Source: Rhina ancylostomus
Taxonomy: Eukaryota
Direction: 5' to 3'
DNA length: 64,000 bases
NCBI GenBank assembly: GCA_030265395.1
Contig: JARFYF010000052.1
Location: 125,120,471-125,184,470, forward strand
This document shows positions 1-13,657 of the stretch, piece after piece. A model generated the notes under the pieces. The model worked only from the letters and a program-made list of their open reading frames with translations, had not been told where the DNA came from and did not search any database. The position numbers and the translations under genes are program-made. Every line of letters starts with the position of its first letter. Position 1 is the stretch's first letter.

Positions 1-105
1 CCACCACCTCTGCCAGCAGTGCGTTCCATGCACCCACCACTCTCTGTGTAAAAAGCTTACCCCTGACATCCCCCTTACACCTTCCTCCAATCACCTTAAA
101 ATTAA
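1..105 (-). mobile_element. CR1-clade LINE 3' fragment
   Basis: Contains ccaccactctctgtgtaaaaa...tcaccttaaa, the same minus-strand CR1 segment seen at about 54100-54190 and 21060-21120. Confidence 0.7.
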
Positions 106-110
106 GTCCC

Positions 111-602
111 AGAGAAGTCGCAGAGAGCTGTGAACGCAGCCCAGTCCATCATGAAAACCAGCCTAACCTCCATTGACTCTGTCTACACTTCCCGTTGCCT
201 CCAGAAAGCAGCCAACATAATCAAGGACCCCTCCCACTCCAGTCATTCTCTCCTCTCCCCTCTCCTATCAGGCAGAACATACAAAAGCTCGAGAGCATGA
301 ACCATTGGGTTCAAAGTCAGCTTCTCTCCTGCTGTTATCAGACACTTGAATGGACCTCTCATATGCTAAAAGATGAACCCTTTATCTCCCAATCTATCCT
401 GTCCACCTCATCATGGCCCTTGCACTTTACTTGTCTACCAGCACCATACTTTCTCTGTAACTGTCACACTATATTCTGCATTCCGTTTTCCTTTTTACTA
501 CCTTGATATACTTATGTACAGTCTGGAATGATCTGTCTGGATGGCATGCAAAAGCTTTTCACTGTATCTTGGTACATGTGACAATAATAAGCCGATACCA
601 AT
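111..602 (+). mobile_element. Rex1/Babar LINE 3' end fragment
   Basis: Degenerate translation SQRAVNAAQSIMKTSLTSIDSVYTSRCLQKAANIIKDPSHSSHSLLSPLLSGRTYKS is typical of the Rex1/Babar RT C-terminus; ends in a gtgacaataataa tail shared with copies at 10.6, 30.5 and 63 kb. Confidence 0.8.
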
Positions 603-1763
603 ACAAGGTGTCCAAGGGTTCAATCGTGAGAAGAAATTATGTAATTCACACTTGCATTTCTTGGAATGTATAAGGGTAAAGGGATGATTTGATTGCAGCT
701 GTTAGGATTATGAAGAAAATGCCTGGGTAGATAGAAAAAAGAGTTATTGATGGGAAGTCTAGAATAAGGTCTAAAATAAGTGGAGACTCATTCTTCAACT
801 TTTGCTCTTCAGGAATGCCAACGTTGCAATGCTTGTGTGAACTAGCTCAACTCCACTGGGTTTAATGTGCAACTAATGGACCTCGTAGGCATTTTGTCCA
901 TCATGCCTGGGTTTTTTTTTGGATGTTTAGAAAGTTTGGAAGTTCCCACCTGCCTGACTTCATGAAGGTGCAACTGAGCAGATTGCAGGTCTTGTCCCTG
1001 TGCAGAAAGCATGGTGGCCCATTGTTTGCTCTGAGTCTTCTGCAGTGAAATGTTGATAATTGGGCAATATTGGGGTTTTGGTGGTGGAATGGTAGTTTTC
1101 AGTTTATTGTATATTACTCCTTTTATATACCAACGCTATTTAATTCACCTTTTAAACAGGTTACATGGTAGCATATTACATTTAGTGAAGTAGGGGAGTT
1201 TAAAGGGAGAATTGGAATGTTGGGGGGGGGGCTGCAATGAATTTCAAGAGAATGTAGGAAATAGGGCCCTAATGAATTTCAAGGGAGTGCAAGAAAAGGG
1301 GTCCTTATGTATTTAAAGGGAGCGATGTCACCTGGCGAGCCAGATGCCCAACCATCGGGATTTCCAAACAATGGGATAGCGGATTATGAGAGGGTTTTTT
1401 TGTATCTGTAGCGAACAGCCAGCGGCTCCACCTCGAACACCGAGAGATCCTGTACTACTGTTCTTTCAAGTATTGATGGGTTGATTGGTTTGCAGGTTAT
1501 CCAGGAGCTTAGATTTAAAAAGCCAAATACAAATCGTTCTTTGAAACCTGTTCTTTGGGTTCCTCTTATTCCGTGAAAGATTTTTTTTAATTCACCTTTT
1601 TATAGTTTGTGTAGTTTATTTTAATCACGCGGTTCCATTAAATACACATGGTCTACTATTGTTTATTTCAAAATTATACTATTTGCAAATTCTCTGCTTA
1701 TTAAATTGGAAAATGTGCTAACAGCTTGATCCAGGAATAATTATTTTCTCTCTGTGATCTCAC

Positions 1764-1821
1764 CTCTCGACTCTTTGTGCATTTCCTGCGACTTGAAAAT
1801 AACAAGGGAAAGACATGGCAT
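1764..1821 (-). CDS. Candidate first coding exon of a minus-strand gene (possibly an alternative STK32C exon 1), MPCLSLVIFKSQEMHKESR plus 1 nt
   Basis: ATG at 1821 with A at -3 and an upstream in-frame stop; strong donor GAG|gtgaga; phase 1; CpG-enriched surroundings. The peptide is not recognised and identity rests on LRRC27 synteny only. Confidence 0.3.
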
Positions 1822-2300
1822 TTTCTCCGAAGGTACAGTGCGGACCGACACCCACCCTCAGCAACAGCCTTCAGTGGTGTTCACCAGCAGACGTCCGGTA
1901 TCGGGGCTGGTGAGGGAAGCTGTGCCTGGAGCCAGTGTCGACTGTGTGTGGATGTCTGTGTGTGTCTCTCTCTCCCCATCGCACCTCCCCAGGTCAAAAG
2001 TCGGTCTCGCACCCCCTCGCGTGGATTCATTCAGCAATGCAACATCGGGGCACGTTGTTTATTTGATGAAACACACGAGAAACAGCAATTTTGCTCTATT
2101 CAAAAACTGCCAAAGGTGGAATGATATGTCCTCCGTTCCCACAGTCACCACACCTCAAAGGATTTCCATTAGCTGAAGAGTGCTTTGTGGCAGACTCAAG
2201 AGACTGCAGATGCTGGAGTTTTGGTTTGTGGCAATCTTAGAGGATGGTGTTCGGTGTTAAAAGAAGTGTGAATCTTCCCTGTTCGACGAAAGGCCATTGA
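1822..2300. promoter_or_regulatory. CpG-enriched segment, possible promoter/5' UTR of the minus-strand gene
   Basis: Visibly more CpG than the CpG-depleted background; not recognisable as a repeat. Confidence 0.35.
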
Positions 2301-2628
2301 GCTGTCACATTTCACAAGGGGAACTTTCCTAGTGAGCGTTCTTGAAACGTTTCAGTCCACAGATCAAAATTAGATTGCTCACACAACCCCCTGACTATAG
2401 GTGGTCTCGGGTTTCCAATGAAACCAGGGAATTTTCACAAATCACCATAGGCTCGGGTTCAAGTCCAGTGTTTCCAAATATGCAAACTAACTGATATTCT
2501 TAGCATGCCATCCATTTCCTTTTGTATTTCAGATCCACTGGAGAATTATCTCTAATCAGCCATTTTGTTAAATTGGTTAAACTTGCTTGGATCAAAAATA
2601 TTAAAAAATCAGTGGGCCAAACTTCAGG

Positions 2629-2900
2629 CCATAAGATGTAGGAGCAGAGTTAGGCCATTCGGCCCATCAAGCCTGTTCTGCCATTTGATCATGGTTGGTT
2701 CATTTTTCCCCTCTCAGTCCATTCTCCTGCCTTCTCCCCTTAACCTTTGATGCCCTTTCTAATCAAGAACATGCCAACCTCCACTTTAAATGACTTGGCC
2801 TCCACAGCCATCTGCAGGAATGAATTCCACAGGTTGACCACCCTCTGGCTGAAGAAATTTCTCCTCTGTTCTTAAAGGTATGTCATATTCTGAGGCTGCA
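2629..2900 (-). mobile_element. CR1-like LINE 3' tail fragment
   Basis: ataagatgtaggagcagagttaggccattcggccc...gaattccacaggttgaccaccctctggctgaagaaatttctcct, the reverse-strand form of a common CR1 3' end. Confidence 0.7.
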
Positions 2901-4129
2901 TTACTATCAAAGTAGTATGATAACAAGAACTGTNNNNNNNNNNNNNNNNNNNNNNNNNNNNNNNNNNNNNNNNNNNNNNNNNNNNNNNNNNNNNNNNNNN
3001 NNNNNNNNNNNNAAAGTAATGATTCAGCCTCAACAGCACAACTGGTACTCAGTATTAGATGAGTGGAAACTGAGTGAGGCCTAGGACTCTTTCTTCATTA
3101 CAGGTCATGGCTTGCAATGCTCCTATTTTCTTATGTTCTTATGAAAGATGACCAACCCTGTCCATCCAGGCCTGGGTCAGCTGGATGGATAAGAGAGAAA
3201 TGAGAAGACAAAAGAAAGAGCAATTTTCAAAGTCCTGTAATACAAAAGCAGAATATTATGTATACTGTTTATCTAAAATAGCAACAGGAAAGATTTGAAA
3301 TGCTGAGTAGATAGAAGAGGTGTGTGCATGGAGCTTAAGGGAACCAAAAAAGAAAATGAAATACAGTTGGTCAAATGTATGATGATCAAGCACTTGATAT
3401 TCTGCAAAAGTTAATGAACTACTGAAATAATATTCAAAAACTAAATACTGATAAATAGAAAGATAATGAGCCAGAAAGAAATAAGCAGGTGTTAATTATA
3501 AGATGTTGAATGTCAAAGGTAATATGGTTGTAATTTATAAAAATAGAGAAATAAAGACCTTTTAACCATGAAGGTTAAAAGGTATATAGAAAAATGTAAA
3601 ACAAAAACAATTATGCAGACAAATGGGCAGCAAGTGCATTGTGGAATGTGAAGTGCAACCAAAGTTCCCAAGCAAACATATTTGTTAATTCACATTGTTT
3701 GTGTCAAGCTGTGGTTGATGGAAGATTGATTAGGCTGTTTCCAGAAATGACCATGTTAGGTGACTTAACAACCACGACCGAACATTGATTGTATTAATAC
3801 AACAGTAAAATACTTAGGATGCTGGAAACTGGTAGAAAATGCTGGAAATATTCAGCACATCTCAGATCTGCTGAGAGGAGGGAACAGTTATATTTCAGAT
3901 AAATGGTATTTCATTGTTTTTACTAAAGCTGCTAATTATCAATAATATTCTCAACGTAGACATTTTGTAACACTTCATGATGGTTATAGTAAATGAATTT
4001 AACATCTGGTTTTATTTTGAAATCACACGGACAACATTCTGGGCAATTAATTAAGGACAATTAATACTCACACCCCATTCGTGCTTGACAACGGCCATCT
4101 TCAGCAAGAAAGGAATCGTCACCTCCACT

Positions 4130-4770
4130 TGACCTTCAATAATATTACTGAAAGCATCACACTCTACACCCCAAGGGTTACTATTGACCTGAAATGAAGC
4201 TGGACCAGTTACATAATTACTGTGGCTACAAGAGCTTATTCAGATGATGGATATTTTGTGGCAATAGGTCAACGTCTGTGAGGTGTAAGTTGGGAGCATG
4301 TTAGAATACGCTTCCCTTCTCAAGAAGCTCAATACGATCCAGGATATGGACGCACTTAAATAACACCACCCTAACAGTTCCTCTTTCCACTGGCACACTG
4401 TGGCTATAGTACTGTATATATATCATCCAACCTATGCAAGGTTGCCACTCCAAGGTTAAAGTGACAAATTAAAATACCAGGGATTCTTTAATAGCATTTG
4501 TCAAGCCCATCACTTTTATCACCTTGAAGGACAGGACACAACTACGACTTAGAAGTGTGCCTACAAGGTATACATGATGCTGACTTAGATATATATTTGC
4601 AGCCCTCCATTGTTAGATGGTCAAAATCCTCAAACTCCTTGTCTAACAGAATCTTACCCATGAGACTGGGATCGAGAAAGTGGTTTGTCACCACATTCTC
4701 AACAGCAATTATAGACAGTAATTAAATACTGACCTGCTGGTCATGCCCTCATCCCCTGTGAGATTAAAAA
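4130..4770 (+). mobile_element. Degenerate L2/CR1-group LINE 3' portion
   Basis: gggttactattgacctgaaatgaagctggaccag...caccacattctcaacagcaatta; related copies at 19780-20735 and about 36230-36360. Confidence 0.55.
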
Positions 4771-6559
4771 TAAAAAATGATTATTCCTTGTTACACCATT
4801 GCTCCCATTTTACCTTCCCTCGTCATTGATGATTTCAGAGTCTGTATGAAGGGAACGTTTGGGAGAAGCAACTATAGGCAAAGTGTGAAGTTTACAATAT
4901 AGTGTAAGATCTTCCTTGACAAATACCTGGACCAACACCTTTTCGCTATCAATGTTAGATTTGAATTAGGTCCATGTTCAGACATGTTTTTATAGTAACC
5001 TTGGGGAGAAGTTCCAGTGAGGACCATTGCAGCCCAACTAATCAGAACCCTTCAAGAGTTTGATCTCCCTGGGACAGATTTTTGTCCAGGGGGCCAATAG
5101 GAGACCATGTTAGGGAGAAATAGCCATAGTTGAAGTATAAAGTTTAACATATAGTAACCATTCATACAAATGATTCAGTACCAGTCTTAATGAACTACTT
5201 CAAAATAGAAACTACAAGTAGCAATTGATTTGAAATTAAAAGTACAGCTGCATGAATAAACATGTCTGTCTGAACAGAGCTTGGTACTGGCTCACAGCAG
5301 GAGGCCGCTTAAGAGATATAGTTTGCAAACTGACAGATCATAAGACATCCTCATATGTATCACCAAACTTAAGACAATGGGGCTACATTAATTGGTCTGC
5401 ATCAAACCAGGCAGAAATCTTCAGCTAAGTTATTTTGTAGCATCTACAAATCTACTCACTCTCAACTATATTGTCTATGGGTCATGCCAAGCATCTACAA
5501 TTTTTGGAATGATTTTCATCAGCAGTTACAAGTAAAATGCCAACCAACCAGTTGGATCCCATGAACATTCACTACAACAATAAACAAGCCTGGATTCACT
5601 GTAATGAACTGGGAGCATGAATTATATGACCATATTGAACTGGATCAAGCAGGCCTGGGTTAAATCATGCATTTTGATTCCCCTGTGCGTGTCTTCCAGG
5701 ATATTCATTTACTTCTCTATTGTTTCAAAGTTACCATCTGAGGACTATTAGGTCCCGTCAAATGCTATACAATAGAAGATCTCCAGCCCAGATTCCTTTG
5801 TATCAAGTGGTGTTTGGATTGTAAATAAATTTGAATTATAGATGAGCAGTATGATATTTAAGCTTTACTTCTGTTATATTGTCTTTAAAAGTAAATAAAT
5901 GCTATGAAACTGTATTTTAAATAAATATATTTATTGCATTCATTTCTAGGGTCAGTTAACATTAGTAAATACGTTATTTAGAGGTGCCACATTCTTCAGG
6001 AAGTTGGGATTACAGAAGTTTGCAGACAACAGATACTTGGCCTGGTACCTTTTAGTGATGATTTTGCTGGGTTTATATGTTCATGTCATTGATTCACATT
6101 AATGAGTCCATCAGACATCTAGGTCACATTTCCAGTGCCCATCTACTCAACGCAACCAAATAAAGTCACATTTTCCTGTCAATGCGAGGGAGGGTCTGAT
6201 TTCCAGGACCACCTCCTAAAAGCACTATGGATCTTTGTAAACCACACCACTCCTTTCAGGCCATTGTGTCATCGAGAATTCTTCTCATGCCCAGGCAGTT
6301 CTCTCACCAGAATTCATCTCTCCATCTTATAGCAAGTGTGTTTCATCTCATTTCCCATGTCAGCCATTCGGTAGCCTTTTGGGTCTATGCTGAGATAGTG
6401 TTGGGATGCATCAATATTGGCTCTGCCTTGCAGGGTCAAATGGAAATTTTGTCTTTGCCCTTTCCACTGAGATCTGCCAAAGTTCCTCTGCTAAGCTAAC
6501 TTGTGTATATTGTATTTCAAGCTCTCCCCAATTCCTGCTTACTTGTAAACTAATTTATA

Positions 6560-6826
6560 ATAGAGTCATGGAGTCATGCAGCACAGAAATAGGGTCTTTG
6601 GCCCAGCTGGTCATGCCGACCAAGATCCCTATCTAAGCTAGCCCCATTTGCCCACATCCTTCTCAATCTTTCCGATCCATGTACCTGTCCAAGTACTTTT
6701 ACATATTGTTAATGTACCTGTCTGAACCACTTCTTCTGGCAGCTCATTCCATATACTGACCACTCTCTGGGTGAAAAAGTTGCCCCTAAGGTTCCTATTA
6801 AATCTCTCCCCTCTCACCTTAAATCT
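6560..6826 (-). mobile_element. CR1-clade LINE 3' fragment
   Basis: Similar to 31160-31440 (catgccgaccaag...cccatttgcc...ctggcagctcattccatatact). Confidence 0.7.
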
Positions 6827-7744
6827 TCTGGGTCAATTTTTTTTTAAAGTCTATTCAAGGGATGTGGGCTTTGCAGGCTGATCCAACACTTAATTGTCCA
6901 TCCTAATAGCCCTTGAGAAGGTGGTGGAGAGTGGTATTACAGTTTGTAGTACGATATCTTAAAAAGCAAATGGTGAGCTTGCACAGAGAGCAGGTCTCCA
7001 TGGGTTAGATAATGTACAAGCATTATATAAAATAGGCAAGAATTTCTGTGAAGAAGGAAAATGAAAGGGTGATCTGTTAAGTTTCTTGGAGTTTGAAAGT
7101 AACTGATGGAGTGGATGGAGAGAAACATCTTCCTGCTGGTTGGCGTGCCTTAGAGACATAAATATTAATACTGGAGGCTGGGCTAATCAAGGGAGAAGTT
7201 AGGAAACACTACTTATGGAACCACGGAGCGCAATAGGTGCTAACTCAATAAATTTGTACTTTTTCTGGATAGTTATATAAAAGAAAGATGAGATAAGTAG
7301 ATATAGATAGACAAAAGTTCAGCCATAATTTCACCGAATAATAAAAAATCTTCAAATGTAATTTTTCCTGTTCCTGTCATTCCATTTCTTTAGCAGATGA
7401 AGTGAATTTCAATCCTCATTATATCTCAGTTTAATTATAAAACCATACAACTTCCCCTTTCTCTAGGCAATCAAGACCATACTCTGGCAATTCACATTTA
7501 AATATTATTAGATAAATAGAGAATATTCAAACAATCTAGCTGAAAATAATGTTATAAGATAACAACCCAACCAGAGGTGGCAGATGTAAGAAATCTTGCA
7601 GCAGAATTAGAGGCAACATTAACCATCAAGAAGTTTTTGATTATCACCAACCTGTTCTATTTAATATCAAATTTACAAATCACAGAAATAATTGGTAAGT
7701 GCAAACAAAAAGGTCATTTTTGTCTAATCAGTCTATTTTAGTAA

Positions 7745-8400
7745 CTATTTGGCCTTAACTCAGTTACTTCAAATTCAGAAGGCACAAATCCTACACCAGA
7801 GACTCAAAACAAAATTCAACCGATACTCTGGGAGAGAGTGATGGGAGTGCCACACTGGAGAAGGTGATCTCCTTTGGATGAAATGTTAAAATTGTCTTCA
7901 TCACTTCAGCTGTGTGTATATAAAAAGATCACTTAGCACCAATATATTTTTAAGATATTTATTTATTAGTCACATATACATCAAAACATACAGTGAAATG
8001 TGTCTTTTTGCACTACTGAGAATGTGCTGGGGGGCAGCCTGCAAATGTTGCCACTCTTCCAGCACCAACATAGCATGCCCACAGCTCCTAACCCATATGT
8101 CTTTGTACCGTGGGAGGAAAGCAGAGCACCCGGAGGAAACCCATGCAGACACGGGCAGAACATACAAACTTCTTACAGACAGCAGTGGGAATTGAACCTG
8201 GGTTGCTGGTGCTGTAATAGCGTTACAATTACTGCTACACTACCGTGCCGCCACTATATGCAAGGATAGAGGCATTATCCTGGCCAATATTTATCTTCCC
8301 ATTAACATTACTTAAACAGAACACCAGGTCAATATTACATTACAGTCTGTAGGAGTTTACTGTGTTCAAATTGGCTGCTGCCTTTCAAACAACACTGCAC
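7745..8400 (+). mobile_element. Ancient Deu-domain SINE (SacSINE1/AmnSINE1-like), split by a younger SINE
   Basis: gggagtgccacactg...ctttggatgaaatgttaaa...tcctggccaatatttatc...ctgtgttcaaattggctgctg resembles the DeuSINE core. Confidence 0.55.
7950..8253 (-). mobile_element. tRNA-derived V-SINE (HE1-like)
   Basis: The reverse complement starts ggcggcacggtagtgtagc (A-box-like), has ggttcaattccc (B box) and the V-domain tgggtttcctccgggtgctctgctttcctcccac; close paralog at 51989-52261. Confidence 0.85.
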
Positions 8401-8415
8401 TGACTAAAACACTGA

Positions 8416-8858
8416 AGTCATTGTTTTAGAACGGAGAGAGTATACATTGAAAGCTGCGTGACTTGTTAGTGTCAAGAAGAGTGATTTTTAAATGTATTTG
8501 TCTTTTTTTCCCCCCTTAGACTTCTGGCCGTCTCAGATAAGTAGAGAATACAATGACCCATTGGGTTGAAAATACTCTACTGTGCTCTCAAAAATGTCAT
8601 CAGCACCAAACAAAAATTTTAACTCAATCATACATTGACATGGAACAGTGAATTCAACTTGACAAGAGGAACATTGTGCATTTTTGTTAAGGCACGAATC
8701 ACCACAGATATCATAGTTACAGAGGAAAATTCTTAGAATTATATAAATAATTTATTTGTTGCAAGTGTAAAAGCCAATTTGGCTGTGGTTGTTGAGAAAT
8801 GAAGAGTCATTGTTTTAGAACGGAGAGAGTATACATTGAAAGCTGCGTGACTTGTTAG
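8416..8858 (+). repeat. Exact 54-bp direct repeat (8416-8469 and 8805-8858)
   Basis: agtcattgttttagaacggagagagtatacattgaaagctgcgtgacttgttag occurs twice, identically. Confidence 0.9.
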
Positions 8859-8859
8859 C

Positions 8860-9570
8860 GACATGGTCATGATGNNNNNNNNNNNNNNNNNNNNNNNNNN
8901 NNNNNNNNNNNNNNNNNNNNNNNNNNNNNNNNNNNNNNNNNNNNNNNNNNNNNNNNNNNNNNNNNNNNNNNNNNCTCTAAAGCTTCCACATCCTTTCTAT
9001 AATGAGGCGACCAGAACTGAACACAATACTCCAAGTGTGGTCTGACCAGAGCTCTATAGAGCTGCAACATCATCTCGCAGCTCTTGAACTCAGTACCCCG
9101 ACTAATGAAGGCCAACACACCATATGCCTTTTTAACAACCCTATCGACCTGCGTGGCAACCTTGAGGGATCTATGGACGTGGACCCCAAGATCCCTCTGT
9201 CCCTCCACACTGCTGTGTTCTGCTATTAACCTTTCATTCTGCCTTCAAATTTGATCTCCCGAAGTGTATCACTTCACATTTATCCAAATTGAACTCCATC
9301 TGCCACTTCTCAGCCCAGTTCTGCATTCTATCAATATCCTGTTGTAATCGACAGCAACCTTCTGCACTATCCACGACACCGCCAACCTTGTATCATCAGC
9401 AAACTTACTACCCACCCTTCTACATCCTCATCCAAGTCATATATAAAAAAAAATCACAAAGATCAGGGGTCCCAGAACAGATCCCTGCGGAACACCACTG
9501 GTCACTGGCTTCCAGGCAGAAACACTCCATCTACCACCACCCTCTGTCTTCCATGGGCGAGCTCTTCTAG
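8860..9570 (-). mobile_element. CR1-clade LINE RT C-terminal fragment (gapped)
   Basis: ORF 8867-9208 reads QRDLGVHVHRSLKVATQVDRVVKKAYGVLAFISRG...LYRALVRPHLEYCVQFWSPHYRKDVEALE, classic CR1 ORF2. Confidence 0.92.
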
Positions 9571-10597
9571 CTCCCTGTGGTTTGTCAAAAATTCCATTAA
9601 CTTTGGAACCAAGATGATTCCAGGTAAATCAAGACATTTCTGTCCAGAAATTCCCACATTTTTCGGATCTTGTTGTGTGTAATGTAGTGACTGTCTCCCT
9701 GCAACACAGAAGTTACTTAATTGGCTTGAAGTGCTTTAGTTGTAAAAGACACAATGTAAATTCAAATATGTCATGTTTCCCTTCAAAGGAATACTTTCAG
9801 TTTAAACATTTTAAGGGCAGTGTTCATCCCTGTTGCTTTAATGTAAAGATTAGCGTTATAATTCAACACAGGACTTGCTACTTTAGTTTCTTTAGTTGTG
9901 TTCTCTGCTTCTTATTACTACAACCACAGAAAGATCCCTACTTTAAATAGAATGCATTTTAAGTGCCAGACTGTAGCAATTTAGGAAGAATTTTGATGAA
10001 TGGATGGAATGTTAACATGCTAACCTCTGCTTTATTTGCAATTATATTATACAGCACTGGGAATACACAATGGATCTTTTCTCCCAGTTAAAAATGAACA
10101 GAAGAGGAAACTGTACCAAGGAACAGTAAAACCAAATAGTTCTGTTGGAAATATTTGAATAAGCCTTCAAAGTTGTTAGAAATATGTTTAGAAAGCACAA
10201 GGTAAAACACAGCCGATTTAAGTTAGGTTTGAACTCTTGCAAAATCAAATTTTTTAGAGCTAGCGAGACCAAATAGCAGAGGAAGTTTGGTTAGTTAATG
10301 TCAATAATGTTGTGGTCGCTTGGAAGGGAAAACATAACATGTTTAGGAATCTTTGAAAATATCAAACGTGCATCCAAAATATTTTTCAGCACAATATATT
10401 TAAGAAATAATAAAATGATCTAAAAATATAGTTATACTTCCTGCAGTTATTGTGGTCAACTGTCTATATCAGACAAAGAATGTTAAGCTTGCCACCAACA
10501 ACAGCACTGCTTATATTAATTATTTTGGCTCAACCCAACTATTCACTTAGCAGTTCATTCCTTAATAAGATATAATTATTTCAGTGAATAAATTCTC

Positions 10598-11027
10598 TGT
10601 CCATCACACAAACAGCCTCCCCTCCACTGTCTCACTTCCCACTGCCTCAGGAAAACAGCCAACATTATAAAGGACCCCTCCCAGCCCATTCCTCTCTTCT
10701 CCCCTCTCCTGTTAGGCAGAAGATACAAAAGCTTGAAAACACGTACCACCAGACTCAAGGACAGCTTCTGTCCCACTGTTAATGAGGCTTGTGAATGGAC
10801 CTCTCATACGCTAAAGATGAATTCTTGATCTCCCAATCTACCTTGTGACAACCTTTTCACAATTTGTCTACCTGCACTTTCTCTGTAACTGCAACACTAT
10901 ATTTTGCATTCTGTTTTCTTTTTACTGCCTCGATGTATGTATGCATGACATGATCTGCCTGGATTTAACGCAAAGAAAAGTTTTCCCTGTATCTCAGTAC
11001 ACATGACAATAATAAAGTGATACCAAT
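10598..11027 (+). mobile_element. Rex1/Babar LINE 3' fragment
   Basis: Homologous to 140-600 (aaaacagccaacattataaaggacccc...ggcagaagatacaaaagc). Confidence 0.8.
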
Positions 11028-13093
11028 AATGTCTGATGGCATCTATCCCAAGCACTCAGGACAAATATTGGCACCTTAGAGAGTAAGAGTTGTAAATTGG
11101 AGGCATCCACATCTAACAAAACACACAACATGCTCAGCAGAAACTGCAATTGATGGGAAAGAAAGTCAAGAATTGATCCAATTATGTATTAGAGCTCCTG
11201 TGGCAGGATATGCAGATTGTCAGGGTAATGCCAAGTTCCTCTGTCAACTCTAATCCAACTTCCTATTAATCTTTAGCTTGCAACTTTGCAGGAACAGTGG
11301 TTTCTTACTGGACCTCACTGCTTCAACAATATCCTTCAGAGAAAACTCAGCGGCTACCTTAGCCTTCTTTGCAACCACCTTCTAGAAGATGTCTACAAAC
11401 CAAAAGCATTGCTTACCTTCAGTAAATGCAACTATCTTTTATAAGTTTAATTTCCACCTTAAAGAGCAGTCCTGAAGTCTGGGTGGAATTTGTTGGCCAA
11501 TCAAATGTAGAAGAGGCTCTGCAATAAAACTGTCTGGCCTTCACCAAAGTCTCAACCACATTGGTTTCTAAGATATTTATATCAAGGGCTCATTATTCCT
11601 TCCAGATGTAAAGATGAATGAAGAGGTCCCAATCTCTGTACATGGTTCTTCAAACCAAATATATGGTTTTAGCACTGGCCTTATTACTGTTGCTGCTACT
11701 ACTAATACTTCTTTATAATTAGTCTGTGTTCTGGACAATGCATATTACTTCTCTATATAATACTTCTCCAAAATTATTGTGTGTTGTGGATGATGTATAC
11801 ACAATTTATTTGAGCTATATAAAGCAGAGAAATATGGGGTGAATAAATAATTATCATAAAACCTGTTAACTATCAAATAATACATTTAAATTTCTAGACA
11901 CTGATACTAAAAAAATACATTGATCTTTATTTCACAATTTGACATATTATTATATTTTATAAACATTAATAGTTACCTTAGAAAATCAGTGTATTCCATT
12001 ACATTTTATTAATAAATATAGTTGTGCAGATTAATGACTCTCTGGAAGATTCTTGTTGACTAAAAAAAGTTATAAAACTTACAAAAAATGTGTACTGCTT
12101 ATCCTCCTTTCTTGTTGTTGTAATAAAATATTCAAGCTATGCATTAATAAAATGTTATCCCTCAGAGAAACTTCAGAAAAACATAAAATATTTTATACTT
12201 AATCCTCAAATTTGAAACATATTCTGTCTAGTCCAAAGCAACCACAGGCATCTTGGAGCCTCTCTAAGAATATTATTTCCTCAAATAAATAAAGCAGAAT
12301 ATTTCAGGCATGCTGATATCCTGGGGGAGAAAGGTATTGCTGCTGGAATGACAACAAAACCACAGTTATCAGGCAAACTCCATGTCTTTTGGAATAAATG
12401 TAAGAATCATGAAATAAAGAATGAAAACATAAATATGCACCTTTATCCACTTTATGGGTGCCTGACCATATCCTACCCTCAAGCTCTGCCCTCCCCTATT
12501 CTGGTAACCTAATCTTCCCTCACTGATCTTCTGTTGTATCTCCCCTTCTAATGTTCTGATATTCTTCTTTTCACAATACATCTAATCTCACATTAAAGAG
12601 TTATCCAGGCCACTCAATAGAATTATCACAATAGATAATGAACAAAACTGCATCCAATCAAATGTAGCTAAAACCCAGCAGCTAAAATTGTCCAACCTTC
12701 ACCAATTTCTCTAATCCTTTGATCCTTTCCCTACTTCAACTACCACACATTTACAATCTTCTAATCTCAAACTCCTCACTTTCTGAATATCTCAAACTTA
12801 ATCCCGTTCTAAATCTGGATCATCTCTCCTCTTATCTTCTGCCTCTGCATCCTGCTCCACACTTCTACGCCTGAACTCCTGAATTCTATCTTTTTCCATT
12901 CTTCTTCCCTTCTCTCTCAAGCTCCTGTCCTTTATCCCTCTTCAAACCCCTGACATTACCCCACTCCCAACCCTTCCGGGATATCAATTTCTCCTCTGCC
13001 AAAACCCCAGAGGCTGGTACAGTTTATAGAACACAGGTAATAGCTACTGCAAAGAAAGTTCTTTCTTCACTAATTTGTTAAATTAACCTAAAT

Positions 13094-13390
13094 CACAGAG
13101 TCAAACAGCATGGAAACAGTCCCTTTGGCCCACCAAGTCCCTGGTGACTATCAAGCACCCATTTACACTAATCCCATTTTTTCTTCTCCTCACATCCCCA
13201 TCAACCTCCCTCAAGATTCTATCACTCATCTACACACTTGGGCAATTTAAACTGGACAATTAATTTACCAACCCGCACCTCTTTCAGATGAAGGGTGAAA
13301 CCGGAGGAACCAGGTGATCCACTGATCACAGGGAGAACATACAAACTCCATACAGACAGCACTGGGGGGTCAGGATTGGACCCAAGTTGA
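13094..13390 (-). mobile_element. V-SINE-like element
   Basis: cacagggagaacatacaaactccatacagacagcac...gtcaggattg is the reversed SINE head and V-domain. Confidence 0.7.
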
Positions 13391-13657
13391 TTCATTGCTA
13401 TTTAGTTTTTCAGCCAGAAATAATTATTATCATAATTTTTAAAGTCTATTTTATGTCTTCTAGAACAGCCTTCTTCAAAAAGGATGTTTTATACTGCACA
13501 GAGGGTAGAGTTCTGGAGATCCTTCTGCACTTTGTAGTTTTGAAGGAGAATGAAGAGTAAGAAATCCAGATGGAAACATTTGGATATAGACACACAGTCA
13601 GAACCAAGTCCTTGCCCAGTATTCAAGTGTATAGGGGCAGCCAATTGTACAAAGACA

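Noticed and set aside
1754-2176. Plus-strand ORFs of 140 and 115 aa
   Set aside because: Non-ATG starts and no recognisable domain; a by-product of GC-rich sequence.
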